A stretch of 64,000 nt of DNA. Origin: an uncultured Chlamydiales bacterium (GTDB lineage: Bacteria; Chlamydiota; Chlamydiia; Chlamydiales; JAAKFR01). The notes under the pieces are model-generated. The model was not told where the DNA came from and did not search any database. It worked only from the letters and a program-made list of their open reading frames with translations. Both the position numbers and the translations under genes were made by a program. Positions within the stretch are counted from its first letter, which is position 1; each line of letters opens with the position of its first letter. The stretch is taken from assembly GCA_963699155.1 (NCBI GenBank), contig OY969414.1:811757-875756 (forward strand), read 5' to 3'. Shown one piece after another: positions 9,869 through 19,801 of the stretch.

Positions 9869-11125
9869 TGGTAACACCTGGGAAAAGCTGGACCCCTCAA
9901 AATTAGAACACTTAAGTTGCATGGGAACCGTCTCTTTTGAAAGGCTAAAGGAAAAAATTTTCGGGATTAAGAGAATAACGGGATTATAAGACTTTATTGA
10001 AAAATTGAGCCCGTATAAGCTGTCTTATCTTGTAAACTTAAGAGAGGTCATATGGGGCTCAGCACATATAGTATGATGATGAAAGGAACACCGCAAGAAT
10101 ATCTTTTTCAATTTAAGAAGCAGGTTGTTAAAAGTGCTCAAGCAGAAGGAATTAAGCCTGCGATGAGAAGGTGGGGCTTAGGTAGAAATACCATCCGACG
10201 TTGGTTGAGAAACTTTGAAGCGGAAGGGAATAAAGGTCTTTATGACAAAAGAAAAGGCCCTAACCATATTCCCCACAAGATTTCCCCAGAGCTAGAGAAG
10301 AAAATTATCCAAGCCCGCCACGAAGTGCCTTGTTATGGCCCCAGAAGATTGAAGTATTTTTTCAATATAGAGTGCTCATTAGATGCTATCTACAGGGTGC
10401 TTAAACAAAACGGTCTCACTGTCAAGAGACGCAAAAAATATCAAAAGAAGAACGATTTGAGAGAGGCTAAAGCAAAGTATCAGGCTTTTGGTCATATGCA
10501 AATGGATTTAAAGTATTTAAGGGATATTCCTAACTACTGGGGATAACTTAAACCTTTAAAGCTTCCACGTTTTCAATACACTGTGAGAGATACCAAATCA
10601 GGTATGCTCTTTCTAGGCTTTTCGGATGAGCTTTCAGAACTTAATGCGAGAACGATGATCGATTATGTGTTAAGACGCTTACGCTCACAAATGCCCGATA
10701 AAAAGATCATTGTGCAAACAGATAATGGTGTGGAATTTGGAGGAACAACAAGACATTTTGAGAAATCTCCCTTTTGCCAAGCTGTGCAGGCCCATGGCGG
10801 AGAGCATCTCTTCATTCCTCCGAAGCTGTGCAATGCAAATGGCGATGTGGAAAGTCTCCACAACCTTATTGAGACAGAGTTTTTTGATATTGCTAAATTT
10901 GAATCTAGGGAAGATTTTATCCGAAAAGCTGAGAGCTACCGACTCTTTTTCAATTTAGAAAGGCCTAATAGCTATAAAGGAGGCAAAACACCCTGGCTGA
11001 TTGCCCAGCAGGACTGGGCAGATAATGATCTAGCTAGTTATGCTGCAATAATAGAAACCGTCGATTTAGATAAAATGACCGTAACTGGTTATTCTAAGCG
11101 GGGTCCAGGTCTACCCAATTCTCCC
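9869..11125 (+). mobile_element. IS481-family insertion sequence with 15-bp target duplication
   Basis: GTAACTATGTCAATT at 9854-9868 and 11126-11140; subterminal IRs 9879-9896/11100-11117 match 15/18; DDE transposase inside. Confidence 0.85.
10052..11125 (+). pseudogene. IS481-family transposase with one in-frame TAA (10544-10546)
   Basis: HTH, YGPRRL, QMD, QTDNGVEF, NGDVESLH; the two ORF-track pieces are in the same frame. Confidence 0.85.
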
Positions 11126-11131
11126 GTAACT

Positions 11132-11546
11132 ATGTCAATTCAAGGAAGCAGTGAAAAAAAATCGGATTACATCTCTCTCGCGGGAGACAAAGAGTTCGAG
11201 TTGAACTTACAAGGTAAGTGCCGTCTCGATAGTTTGATGTCTATGTCACAGATGGCTACCGTGGCTGCGATTGGCTTTTGTATTGGGTATTTTAGCTGTA
11301 TACTGCCATACGGGGTTCGGAACTCCTTCGCCCCTTCCAGCTCATCCCACATTTATTGACCAAATGATATTGTCAGTAAAGGAGATACTTCAAAATCCTT
11401 TGGCAATCGTGGGTATTGTCGGCAGTAGCGTTTTTGGTGGGGTTGCTCTTGCAGGAGGCTATAAGATGCTGAAAAACCTTACCGAAGATGAAAGAAAGGA
11501 GTATTTAGAAAATTATCCTCCCCAGGAAGATCTACATCCTATCTAA
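11132..11546 (+). pseudogene. Two-TM Inc-like protein, IS-disrupted and frameshifted (~137 aa if repaired)
   Basis: MSIQGSSEKK start lies in the TSD; removing 1 nt near 11276-11279 joins AAIGF to VLGILAVY. Confidence 0.6.
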
Positions 11547-11552
11547 AATCGG

Positions 11553-11573
11553 AGGCCGCACGCGCGGCCTTTT
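11553..11573 (+). terminator. Intrinsic terminator-like hairpin
   Basis: AGGCCGC-ACGC-GCGGCCT-TTT. Confidence 0.55.
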
Positions 11574-11648
11574 GCGACGTTCATTGAAAGTTAATCTCGA
11601 GATTGTTAAAATCTCCTTTCTTGTTATACGAAAACAATAAGGATAACT

Positions 11649-11825
11649 ATGCCAAGTGTCAAAGTGCGGATTGGAGAGACGATCGAGAAGGCTCTCAGAG
11701 CGTTAAAAAAGAAGCTTGATAAAGAGGGTGTGATGAAGTCGGCGAAGGCCCACCGTTTTTATGATAAGCCTTCTGTCAAAAAACGTGCGAAATCGAAAGC
11801 GGCTGCTAAATACAGAAATCGATGA
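11649..11825 (+). CDS. rpsU: 30S ribosomal protein S21 (58 aa, below ORF-track cutoff)
   Basis: [44 protein letters not shown]. Confidence 0.95.
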   Translation: MPSVKVRIGETIEKALRALKKKLDKEGVMKSAKAHRFYDKPSVKKRAKSKAAAKYRNR

Positions 11826-11839
11826 GAGCTGGCGAGCAG

Positions 11840-12997
11840 ATGGATTATTACGAAATCCTAGGGATCTCTAAGGGCGCTACTGAAGAGGAGCTGAAAAAAG
11901 CCTATCGTCAGAAGGCGCTCAAGTATCATCCTGACAAAAATCCCAACAACCCTGATGCAGAGGCCCATTTTAAGGAGGTCTCGGAAGCCTATGAGGTCTT
12001 GAGCGATCCCAAAAAGCGGGAGATGTATGACCGCTATGGCAAAGAGGGGGTCTTCGCGGGTGCCGGTGCGCCTGGTGGAGCTCAGGGCTTTGGCTCTATG
12101 GAAGAGGCCCTACGTACCTTCATGGATGCTTTTGGCGGCGGTGGCGGCGAGTCGATCTTCGATACCCTCTTTGGGGGTATGGGAGGGGGACGCGGAGGCA
12201 GAGCCCAGGCCCGTCAAGGGGCTAGCAAAAAGGCGACGATCCGGATCTCTTTCGAAGAGGCGGCGAGAGGGGCAGAAAAAGAGCTTCTCATCACACGTAA
12301 TGTGGTCTGTAAAACGTGTCAGGGGAGCGGTTCGGCCTCTCCAGATGGTGTCAGAACTTGTCCCAGATGCGAAGGCCAAGGTCAAGTCTTTCAATCACGT
12401 GGTTTCTTCAGCATGTCCTCACCCTGCCCACAATGTGGTGGCGAGGGTAAAATTATCACCGATCCTTGCAAAGAGTGCCGCGGCACTGGTCATACCAAAG
12501 AAAAGCAACATGTCAAGGTGCACATTCCAGCTGGAGTCGATACAGGGATGCGCCTCAAAATGTCCGGCTATGGCGATGCGGGCGAAGGGGGAGCTCCTGC
12601 GGGAGATCTCTATGTCTTTATCAACGTCGATAGCCATCCTGTTTTTGAGAGGGAAGGGGATGATATCCTCCTCGAGCTGCCGATCGGTTTTGGAGAAGCA
12701 GCGCTCGGCGTCAAGAAGGAGATTCCCACTCTAGCAGAGAGCTGCCGTCTCACCATTCCTGAAGGGACGCAGAGCGGTAAGGTCTTTCGGGTGAAAGGCA
12801 GAGGGTTTCCCAATGTGCATGGAAGAGGCTCTGGAGATCTTTTGGTGAAGATCACCGTCGAAACACCGACCCATCTGACACAAAAGCAGAAAGAGCTCTT
12901 ACAAGCCTTTGCCAAAACAGAGGGTGTCGACAATCACCCACGCAAAAAGAGCTTCACGGAGAAGATCAAGTCATTTTTTGCTGACCCTTCTCCGTAA
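11840..12997 (+). CDS. dnaJ: Chaperone DnaJ
   Basis: DYYEILG, HPD, G/F region, four CxxCxGxG repeats. Confidence 0.97.
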   Translation: MDYYEILGISKGATEEELKKAYRQKALKYHPDKNPNNPDAEAHFKEVSEAYEVLSDPKKREMYDRYGKEGVFAGAGAPGGAQGFGSMEEALRTFMDAFGGGGGESIFDTLFGGMGGGRGGRAQARQGASKKATIRISFEEAARGAEKELLITRNVVCKTCQGSGSASPDGVRTCPRCEGQGQVFQSRGFFSMSSPCPQCGGEGKIITDPCKECRGTGHTKEKQHVKVHIPAGVDTGMRLKMSGYGDAGEGGAPAGDLYVFINVDSHPVFEREGDDILLELPIGFGEAALGVKKEIPTLAESCRLTIPEGTQSGKVFRVKGRGFPNVHGRGSGDLLVKITVETPTHLTQKQKELLQAFAKTEGVDNHPRKKSFTEKIKSFFADPSP

Positions 12998-13026
12998 AGT
13001 AAGTCGATCACAAACCAGGGAGGAAC

Positions 13027-15036
13027 GTGAGCCAGTCTACACAAACCCAATCTCAGACGGCACTACAAACCTTAAAAATCCTCTATCTCTCTCGCTTTGC
13101 CGATGAGAAAATGGCCAAGCTGGCCAAGCAGAATAAAGGAGGCACCTTCCAGCTTTCGGCTGCGGGGCATGAGCTGGTCGGCGCTGTCTGCGCACAAAGT
13201 TTAGTCTCTGGCAAAGATTGGGGTTTACCCTACTACCGAGATCAAGGTTTCGCATTGGGGATCGGTTGTGAGTTGACAGAGCTGTTCGGCGTCTTTTTGG
13301 GGCGCGAAACGGTCAACCACTCGGCGGGAAGAATGATGCCCCACCACTATTCCGATAAGAAGCGGCGTATCATCTGCCAATCGAGCGTGGTCGGCTCTCA
13401 ATTTCTCCATGCCGTAGGGAAGGCGATCGCGATCAAAAATTTGGGCAAAGATGAGCTGGTCTATGTCTCCGCAGGAGAGGGAGCCACCTCACAAGGCGAC
13501 TTCCACGAGGCTCTCAATTTTGCCTCGATCCATCAGCTTCCCGTCATTTTTGTCATCCAGAACAATGGGTGGGCCATTTCTGTTCCTGTCGAAGAGCAGT
13601 CTGCAGGTGGCAGTTTGATCGAGGTGATGCGTGGCTATTCCGGTATGAGTGTGGAAGAGGTCGATGGCACCGATTATCTCGCCCTGAAAGAGGCGATGGA
13701 GAGAGCTGTGAAACGGGGACGAGAAGGGCGAGGTCCGACAGCGATGATGGCCCATGTCCCCCGCTTAGCAGCGCATAGCAATAGCGACAATCCCAAAAAG
13801 TATCTAAGAGACGAGATGGAGCTCCATGCATTGGCGCGCGACCCGATTCCTGTTTTTGAAAAATGGCTGAGCGATCAGGGAATTGAGTTTACAGCTGTGC
13901 GCGAAGCTGCCCAAGCAGAGGTGGAAGCCGCTGCTGCTGCCGCGGAAGCTCTTCCTTTCCCTGCACAGGGCAGTAGCCGTATGCATGTTTTTGCTCCCTT
14001 TGATCCTCCTGTTCCTTTATCAGAACAGCCTCCACAGGAGGGTGAGAAGATCGTTATTATGGATGCGATCAACCATGCATTGATCGAGGAGATGGAACAA
14101 GATCCCCACGTGGTCGTCTTTGGACAAGATGTGGCTCACGGCAAAGGGGGAGTTTTCGGGATCACCCGCACTCTGACAGAACGGTTTGGAAAGGAGCGCT
14201 GCTTCAACACTCCTTTAGCCGAGTCGACGATCATCGGCCTCGCCATCGGCCTATCGATGGATGGCATCCATAAGCCCGTTGCCGAAGTCCAATTTGCCGA
14301 CTACCTCTGGACAGGGATCAATCAGCTCTTCAATGAGGCTTCCAGCATCCACTACAGGTCTAACGGGGAGTGGGAGGTGCCGATCGTCGTGCGCATGCCC
14401 TGCGGCGGCTACATTCAGGGCGGCCCCTATCACTCACAAAGTATCGAAGGCTTTCTCACCCACTGCCCAGGGTTAAAAGTGGTTATCCCAAGCAATGCTG
14501 CCGATGCAAAAGGGCTGTTAAAAACGGCGATCCGTGATCCCAATCCGGTACTCTTTTTAGAGCATAAGGGACTCTACCGTCAGCAGAAATTTTGTGCCCG
14601 CCCCGAACCCTCCAAAGACTATCTCATCCCCTTCGGTCAAGCCTCCACAGTTCGTTCTGGAACTGACCTCACAGTCATCTGTTGGGGCATGATGGTGGTG
14701 ATGGCAGCAGATGTGGCCGAAAAGCTAGCCTTCGAAGGTATTTCTATCGAAGTGATCGATCTGCGCACTCTCGTGCCACTCGACAGCGCCACCATCATCA
14801 CCTCGATTCAAAAGACAGGTAAGGCATTGATCGCTCACGAAGCGCCCCGCAACTGCGGGTTTGGCGCCGAAATCGCCGCCCGCATCGCCGAAGAGGCCTT
14901 CGAGTATCTCGATGCCCCCATCCAGCGCGTCTGCGGCTTCGACAGCCCCGTCCCCTACAGCAAAACGCTCGAAAACGAGGTCCTTCCCCAAACCGCCGAT
15001 CTCGAGTCCGCCATCCGCCACCTCGCGAGGTATTAA
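13027..15036 (+). CDS. 2-oxoacid (branched-chain/pyruvate) dehydrogenase E1, fused alpha/beta subunits
   Basis: GEGATSQGDFHE..QNN TPP motif, GQDV..GGVFG, TPLAES, HSQS. Confidence 0.92.
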   Translation: MSQSTQTQSQTALQTLKILYLSRFADEKMAKLAKQNKGGTFQLSAAGHELVGAVCAQSLVSGKDWGLPYYRDQGFALGIGCELTELFGVFLGRETVNHSAGRMMPHHYSDKKRRIICQSSVVGSQFLHAVGKAIAIKNLGKDELVYVSAGEGATSQGDFHEALNFASIHQLPVIFVIQNNGWAISVPVEEQSAGGSLIEVMRGYSGMSVEEVDGTDYLALKEAMERAVKRGREGRGPTAMMAHVPRLAAHSNSDNPKKYLRDEMELHALARDPIPVFEKWLSDQGIEFTAVREAAQAEVEAAAAAAEALPFPAQGSSRMHVFAPFDPPVPLSEQPPQEGEKIVIMDAINHALIEEMEQDPHVVVFGQDVAHGKGGVFGITRTLTERFGKERCFNTPLAESTIIGLAIGLSMDGIHKPVAEVQFADYLWTGINQLFNEASSIHYRSNGEWEVPIVVRMPCGGYIQGGPYHSQSIEGFLTHCPGLKVVIPSNAADAKGLLKTAIRDPNPVLFLEHKGLYRQQKFCARPEPSKDYLIPFGQASTVRSGTDLTVICWGMMVVMAADVAEKLAFEGISIEVIDLRTLVPLDSATIITSIQKTGKALIAHEAPRNCGFGAEIAARIAEEAFEYLDAPIQRVCGFDSPVPYSKTLENEVLPQTADLESAIRHLARY

Positions 15037-16656
15037 ATGGCCATCTCTGTAGCAACAGAAGTGAGCAACCCCCTCATATCAGCAAACACGCAAACCCCAA
15101 AACTCAAAATCATCATCGAGGCGATCAGCATCATTCTGTTGATTGGGAGCTTGGTCGCTGCGGGCCTTCTCTTTCCGCGGATGGGCTACCCCGCATGCGC
15201 CATTGCAGGGGGCGGCATCGCCCTCACCATTCTCAGCTTTGCTCTAGTAAGCTATTGCCGACCAGAACCTACACCTCCCTCCTCTTCTGCCACCTTCACT
15301 CCACTGCTCAATCAGCAATTTGAGGCTTCAGAAATGAAGATCGCGGAGCATCGCATTGCCGATATCCCCCTCGAATTCCTCTTTAAACCTCCCACCCTAT
15401 CTGATCGACTCGATCCCCGTTCCTGGTATCACGACTCATGGAATGTGATGGAGGATCAGAAAAATCAGGAGGCAATGCGCGCTGTCCATTCTCGTATCCA
15501 GGCTCTCAATCAAGCCTTCAACTTCGAAGAACGTTTCAAGCGATTGGATTGTGATGATCTGCGGGTGAAAGATCTGATGGGGCCCCTCTCTGCCAAGAGT
15601 TCTCTCTTATTAAAGATGATGCTGGATGAGGAGCTAGTGACGCTCACACTCTCTTCGGTTAGCTCAATCAAAGACAAAAAGGTCTGGAAGGCCTTTGGCC
15701 CGCGCCTGATTGCCTTGAGTCGTCAACATCCTCAATACACTTTCCCTGCTCTTCTCACGCAAGAAAGTGTCGGAACCATCCCCCTGATACATCTTCCCAA
15801 GCTGAAAGCAGAAATGATCAATGCTCACCCGCAGCTTTTCCCACCCCTCACCCTGCTCCTTATCGAGACTGAGGAGCTACAAAAAATAGAGCTCACGAAA
15901 CTCTCTGATGAGCATCTACAGATCCTCTTTTCCTGTAGATTTTATGATTCTGCGCCTGATCCCCATAACTGCTACTATCCCTTTGTCCAGCGTCTCAAAC
16001 CTGAGCAGGTCAATGGAAGCTTACAGCGCATTTCCCAGATGCAGATCAATAAATACTCACATCCCGACCACAGAGGCTGGATCACGGTATTCACTAACCA
16101 TGGTTATGAACTTCTGGACCGCCTCAGCGAAACCCAGATTCTCCATCTTGATCTCTCCCTGATGACCCCCCAAATTTTTAATGTTATTTTTACAACCACT
16201 CATACCTTTTCTGGAGCCAACAAACTCCTCCCCAAATTCCCCCTAGCCTCGATCTACCGGTTGATGCGTTTCTTTCCCAAAGATAGCTTATGGCACTGCA
16301 TTGGAGAAGCACATGCTCTTGCTTTTGAATTCTCCCAAATTGCCGACGATCATCAAAGAAAGGAGGTGTTTAATAAACTCTTCCCCTGGTATCCCCTGAA
16401 AAAATGTACCCTAGAACGCATTCAGGAACTTTCTCCTCTCTTCTCTGATCTCCATTGGCGCGCTATCAGGGAGGAGCATGCGGGTTCCCTCGACTACTCT
16501 CGCATCCCTGAAGCCAATCGTCAAAGAGTCCTCAACCTCATCTTCGAAGGCGGAGGTTCCTACTCATCTGCCGCTCTCTACCTCCCTAAGCTCTCCTCCA
16601 CCCAAAAAGCGTTCGTCAAACCCTACCTCTCCCCCGAGGCCCTTAAACACCTTTGA
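15037..16656 (+). CDS. Hypothetical Inc-like / type III effector candidate, 539 aa
   Basis: N-terminal bilobed hydrophobic domain followed by a long Leu-rich soluble region. Confidence 0.6.
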   Translation: MAISVATEVSNPLISANTQTPKLKIIIEAISIILLIGSLVAAGLLFPRMGYPACAIAGGGIALTILSFALVSYCRPEPTPPSSSATFTPLLNQQFEASEMKIAEHRIADIPLEFLFKPPTLSDRLDPRSWYHDSWNVMEDQKNQEAMRAVHSRIQALNQAFNFEERFKRLDCDDLRVKDLMGPLSAKSSLLLKMMLDEELVTLTLSSVSSIKDKKVWKAFGPRLIALSRQHPQYTFPALLTQESVGTIPLIHLPKLKAEMINAHPQLFPPLTLLLIETEELQKIELTKLSDEHLQILFSCRFYDSAPDPHNCYYPFVQRLKPEQVNGSLQRISQMQINKYSHPDHRGWITVFTNHGYELLDRLSETQILHLDLSLMTPQIFNVIFTTTHTFSGANKLLPKFPLASIYRLMRFFPKDSLWHCIGEAHALAFEFSQIADDHQRKEVFNKLFPWYPLKKCTLERIQELSPLFSDLHWRAIREEHAGSLDYSRIPEANRQRVLNLIFEGGGSYSSAALYLPKLSSTQKAFVKPYLSPEALKHL

Positions 16657-16697
16657 TATTTGAACGAGAATCAGTGATTCCCTTGCTGTAACAATAT

Positions 16698-16745
16698 ACC
16701 CGACGCACCATCACTCGGCTATCGCCTCGGATGATGGCGCGGGTA
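16698..16745. repeat. REP/attC-like hairpin
   Basis: ACCCGACGCACCATCA..GGCTATCGCC..GATGATGGCGCGGGT stem with bulges. Confidence 0.45.
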
Positions 16746-16888
16746 AAGCTCACCGAAGGTCGCTACGCTCCCAACGGCTCGGAAAATTCATGTTTGAGAG
16801 GATTTTTTAACATTGACATTACAGTGAGACTGGGGATGAAAGAATTCCATTCTTACGTTATTATTCATCCAAACTGAATAAGGTAACT

Positions 16889-17443
16889 ATGAACTTTAAG
16901 TATGAAAATCCGGTGGTTGTCTTTAAGGGGAGAAGAATCGATGTGGTGGAGATCGATGTTCTCGATCCGAAAGGAAGAAAGGTGAAGCGGGAGGTTGTCG
17001 ACCATCCGGGTGCGGTGGTGATTTTGCCGCTGCTGGACAATGGGGATGTGGTTTTGATTCGCAATGAGCGTTATGTGGTGCAGCAGACGCTGTGGGAGCT
17101 GCCGGCGGGGACGATTGATGAGGGGGAAGCGCCAGAGGCATGTGCGGAACGGGAGTTGGAAGAGGAGACAGGCTATCGTGCAGGCAAGCTGGAGCCGCTC
17201 TTTGACTGTTTTTCTACGCCTGGCTTCTCTAATGAAATCCTCCACATCTTTTTAGCCGAAAATCTCCACCATGTCGGGCAATCGCTAGAGGAGATGGAGA
17301 AGATCGATGTCGAGCCGCTCCATCTGGATGTGGCTCTAAAAATGATTCGAGAGGGGATTATCCGCGACGCCAAAACGATCGCTGCGCTTCTTTTTTTCTA
17401 TGCCTATCGCCAAAAGCATGATCGCCGTCAAAAACGCCGCTAA
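16889..17443 (+). CDS. NUDIX hydrolase (ADP-ribose pyrophosphatase-like)
   Basis: HPGAV, ELPAG..E..EACAERELEEETG Nudix box, DAKT. Confidence 0.92.
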   Translation: MNFKYENPVVVFKGRRIDVVEIDVLDPKGRKVKREVVDHPGAVVILPLLDNGDVVLIRNERYVVQQTLWELPAGTIDEGEAPEACAERELEEETGYRAGKLEPLFDCFSTPGFSNEILHIFLAENLHHVGQSLEEMEKIDVEPLHLDVALKMIREGIIRDAKTIAALLFFYAYRQKHDRRQKRR

Positions 17444-18796
17444 GAGCCAGGGAGCCATCGACGAGATATGGATCGTTTTCAGTGCAATCGGGGGTGATTC
17501 GGTTAAGCGGAGTAAGGTATCGCAGTAGAGACCATTGAGGAGATGCGCCCAAGGACCAAGGAAGAGGCTGGCGATAAAGAAGAGAAGGGCAAAACTGGCG
17601 CACAAGGGGAAGAAGAGGTTGTAGAGCAAACCGCTTAAGGGGAACTGGTGAAAGGTAAATAAGAGCAAAGGGAGAAGGGTGATGTGGACTGCGCTTGTGA
17701 GTGCCAACCCTTCACGCAAAAGTGACACATAGATATAGCCCTGTTGCCATAACCAGTGACGAGGGAGAATGTGTGATAAACGCTCTTTCGGAATCCATTT
17801 TTGCAGCCAAAGGTCGCAGGGTGCATAGAAGAAGAGAATGCCCGCAGTGGCCAAGTAGCTGAGTTGGAAGCTCAGTGTAAGCGCTGAGAGAGGGTCTATT
17901 AGAAGCGCTAAACAGAGGGCCACTCCCAATCCATTTTGAGCCGAGCACCTTCTTTCTATAAGCAGTCCAAGCAGAAAAGCCATCGCCATGATCCACGCGC
18001 GCAGTACGGAAGGAGTGGGACCGACAAAGAGAAAGTAGGCTGTCAATCCTGCCATCAAAAAGAGAGATTCGAGCTTGGAGGGCAAAAAGAGGCGCAAAAT
18101 CAGGTGGAGGGCCAGCGCGATCAATGAAAAATGGAGTCCTGAGATCGCCATGAGATGGGAAAGGCCGAGCTGACTAAACTCTTTCTGCATCACCCGATCT
18201 TCCAACTGGCCTGTGATCATCCCTGTTAAAAAATGGGCGGCTCGAGGCTGCGGGATGTTGCGCTCAATATAGCCTTTCACTGCCTCCTGCGCCCTATAAC
18301 GCAGGTCGCCGAGATTCCAATGAGAAGCTCTCTCCTGCCAGAGCCCTTGCGCTTTTAACTGATGCCAAGGCCCCTGAGCTTTTAACTGATATTGTTTGTT
18401 GCGCAGTTCGCGAACCGTTCCTTTGATCTGATACTTCCTCCCTGCACTGTGCAGATTTTTGGCAAAACATCTGCAAGGGATGAACCCTTTTTCTGTTTTC
18501 AACTTTCCTTGATAGGACCAACCGCCGCTGTAGCGCTCGCTCTTGCGGATCGTCTCGATGGTAAAAATTCCCTCCACCTCACTCCCACTTGGAGGAAAGA
18601 AAAAGAATTGATAGCAGATCGCGAGAGGGACTAAGAAAAGAGCCACTGACGCAAAAAGATTTTCTTTACGGAGCAGTAAGAGAAACGGAACCACCGCTAG
18701 AGCGGTTTGCAGAGAAAAAAGAGTCCCGCATAAGAGGATGATCCCATAGAAGAGGGCGGGGGTTCGTAATCTTATGTGAAAAATCGACTCGTTCAT
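17336..18796 (-). CDS. comEC: ComEC/Rec2 competence channel
   Basis: GLSHLMAISGLH, PSVLRA, SFQLSY; true start probably 18796 or 18811, since the ORF-track extension runs through a hairpin. Confidence 0.85.
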   Translation of the reverse strand: MNESIFHIRLRTPALFYGIILLCGTLFSLQTALAVVPFLLLLRKENLFASVALFLVPLAICYQFFFFPPSGSEVEGIFTIETIRKSERYSGGWSYQGKLKTEKGFIPCRCFAKNLHSAGRKYQIKGTVRELRNKQYQLKAQGPWHQLKAQGLWQERASHWNLGDLRYRAQEAVKGYIERNIPQPRAAHFLTGMITGQLEDRVMQKEFSQLGLSHLMAISGLHFSLIALALHLILRLFLPSKLESLFLMAGLTAYFLFVGPTPSVLRAWIMAMAFLLGLLIERRCSAQNGLGVALCLALLIDPLSALTLSFQLSYLATAGILFFYAPCDLWLQKWIPKERLSHILPRHWLWQQGYIYVSLLREGLALTSAVHITLLPLLLFTFHQFPLSGLLYNLFFPLCASFALLFFIASLFLGPWAHLLNGLYCDTLLRLTESPPIALKTIHISSMAPWLLAAFLTAIMLLAIGIEKKKRSDRFGVADNPLSNHF

Positions 18797-18816
18797 AATT
18801 GGAAAGAACATTATAC

Positions 18817-18985
18817 TAACCTGAATTTTGGGTTTTTTTCCCTCAGATTCAGGCAGTTTACTTGCACCTCTTGTGCTTTTCGCCCTTGCAGAGGGCCTTT
18901 GGCCATTTGCTGCGGCCGAAAATCCCAAGATTTGCTGCGTAAACTCCTCTGAATCTGAGGGAAAAAAAACCCAAAATTCAGGTTA
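18817..18985. repeat. 169-bp palindromic MITE/RPE-like element
   Basis: TAACCTGAATTTTGGGTTTTTTTCCCTCAGATTCAG ... CTGAATCTGAGGGAAAAAAAACCCAAAATTCAGGTTA. Confidence 0.88.
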
Positions 18986-18994
18986 CTTCTCCCT

Positions 18995-19801
18995 ATGGCT
19001 GAACAGATGTTCAATTTCTTCTCCGATCACGGTGAAAATCCCCCTTTTCATCAGGTCATCGCTCTTCATGAGCCTCCCTTTCTTTCATGGGAAGAGAGAG
19101 TGGCGGAAATTCCCCTTTTGCCTCGTGGTTGGTATGAGTTGGCTAAACTCCCTGTCGCGGATAGAATTGAATTTACCCATGATTTCTGGTTCACGAAACT
19201 TCCTTTCATTGCCAGTGCCAATCTGGAAAAAAGGCTCAACGAGTTCTTTGAAACTGTGGAGGAAATAGTCCTCTTTGCAACCCAAGTCAAGCAGGGAGGT
19301 CCCTTCGATCTCCACATGGTTTATAGCCTCAAAGATGATTTGGGCTATTTTCAAGGCCACTCTCCTGCCTCTCCTGAGGCCATTGACCGTTTAGTCAAGC
19401 AATTTGCTCATGTCAATCTCCCTCCCGATTATCTCGCCTTCCTTCAGATTCATGATGGCTTCAGCAAATATACAGATACAGGGCTGATCCGGTTGAAAGA
19501 TATGGTGCAGGTCTATCAGCGTCTCCAGCATCTGCTAATCGAGGATCTGCTAGTGCGGCCTGATGGCCAAATCATCAGTCCCGAAACATTGATCCCCTTC
19601 TATGAATCGTTTGGCCTCCATGCCTATCAATGCTTCTACGCCGATTGGTATCCCGAAATGGAGATGGGCAATCTCTATTTTTCAGAACATGACCGCTCGA
19701 TCAGTAACTATTTAGATAGTCAAACTCTCGAAGAAAATCTTGCTTTTCCTTCGTTTTTAGGATGGCTCATCTTTTATTTAGAAGACATTTGGCATCCATG
19801 A
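18995..19801 (+). CDS. Conserved chlamydial protein with SMI1/KNR4-like domain
   Basis: LPPDYLAFLQIHDGF, FPSFLGWL. Confidence 0.7.
   Translation: MAEQMFNFFSDHGENPPFHQVIALHEPPFLSWEERVAEIPLLPRGWYELAKLPVADRIEFTHDFWFTKLPFIASANLEKRLNEFFETVEEIVLFATQVKQGGPFDLHMVYSLKDDLGYFQGHSPASPEAIDRLVKQFAHVNLPPDYLAFLQIHDGFSKYTDTGLIRLKDMVQVYQRLQHLLIEDLLVRPDGQIISPETLIPFYESFGLHAYQCFYADWYPEMEMGNLYFSEHDRSISNYLDSQTLEENLAFPSFLGWLIFYLEDIWHP

Noticed and set aside
10544..10546. Stop-codon recoding in the transposase
   Set aside because: TAA terminates many genes here; a nonsense mutation is the simpler explanation
11575..11648. CIRCE operator upstream of rpsU-dnaJ
   Set aside because: No TTAGCACTC-N9-GAGTGCTAA match seen
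18812..18928. N-terminal extension of ComEC in the ORF track
   Set aside because: Lies within the 169-bp palindrome
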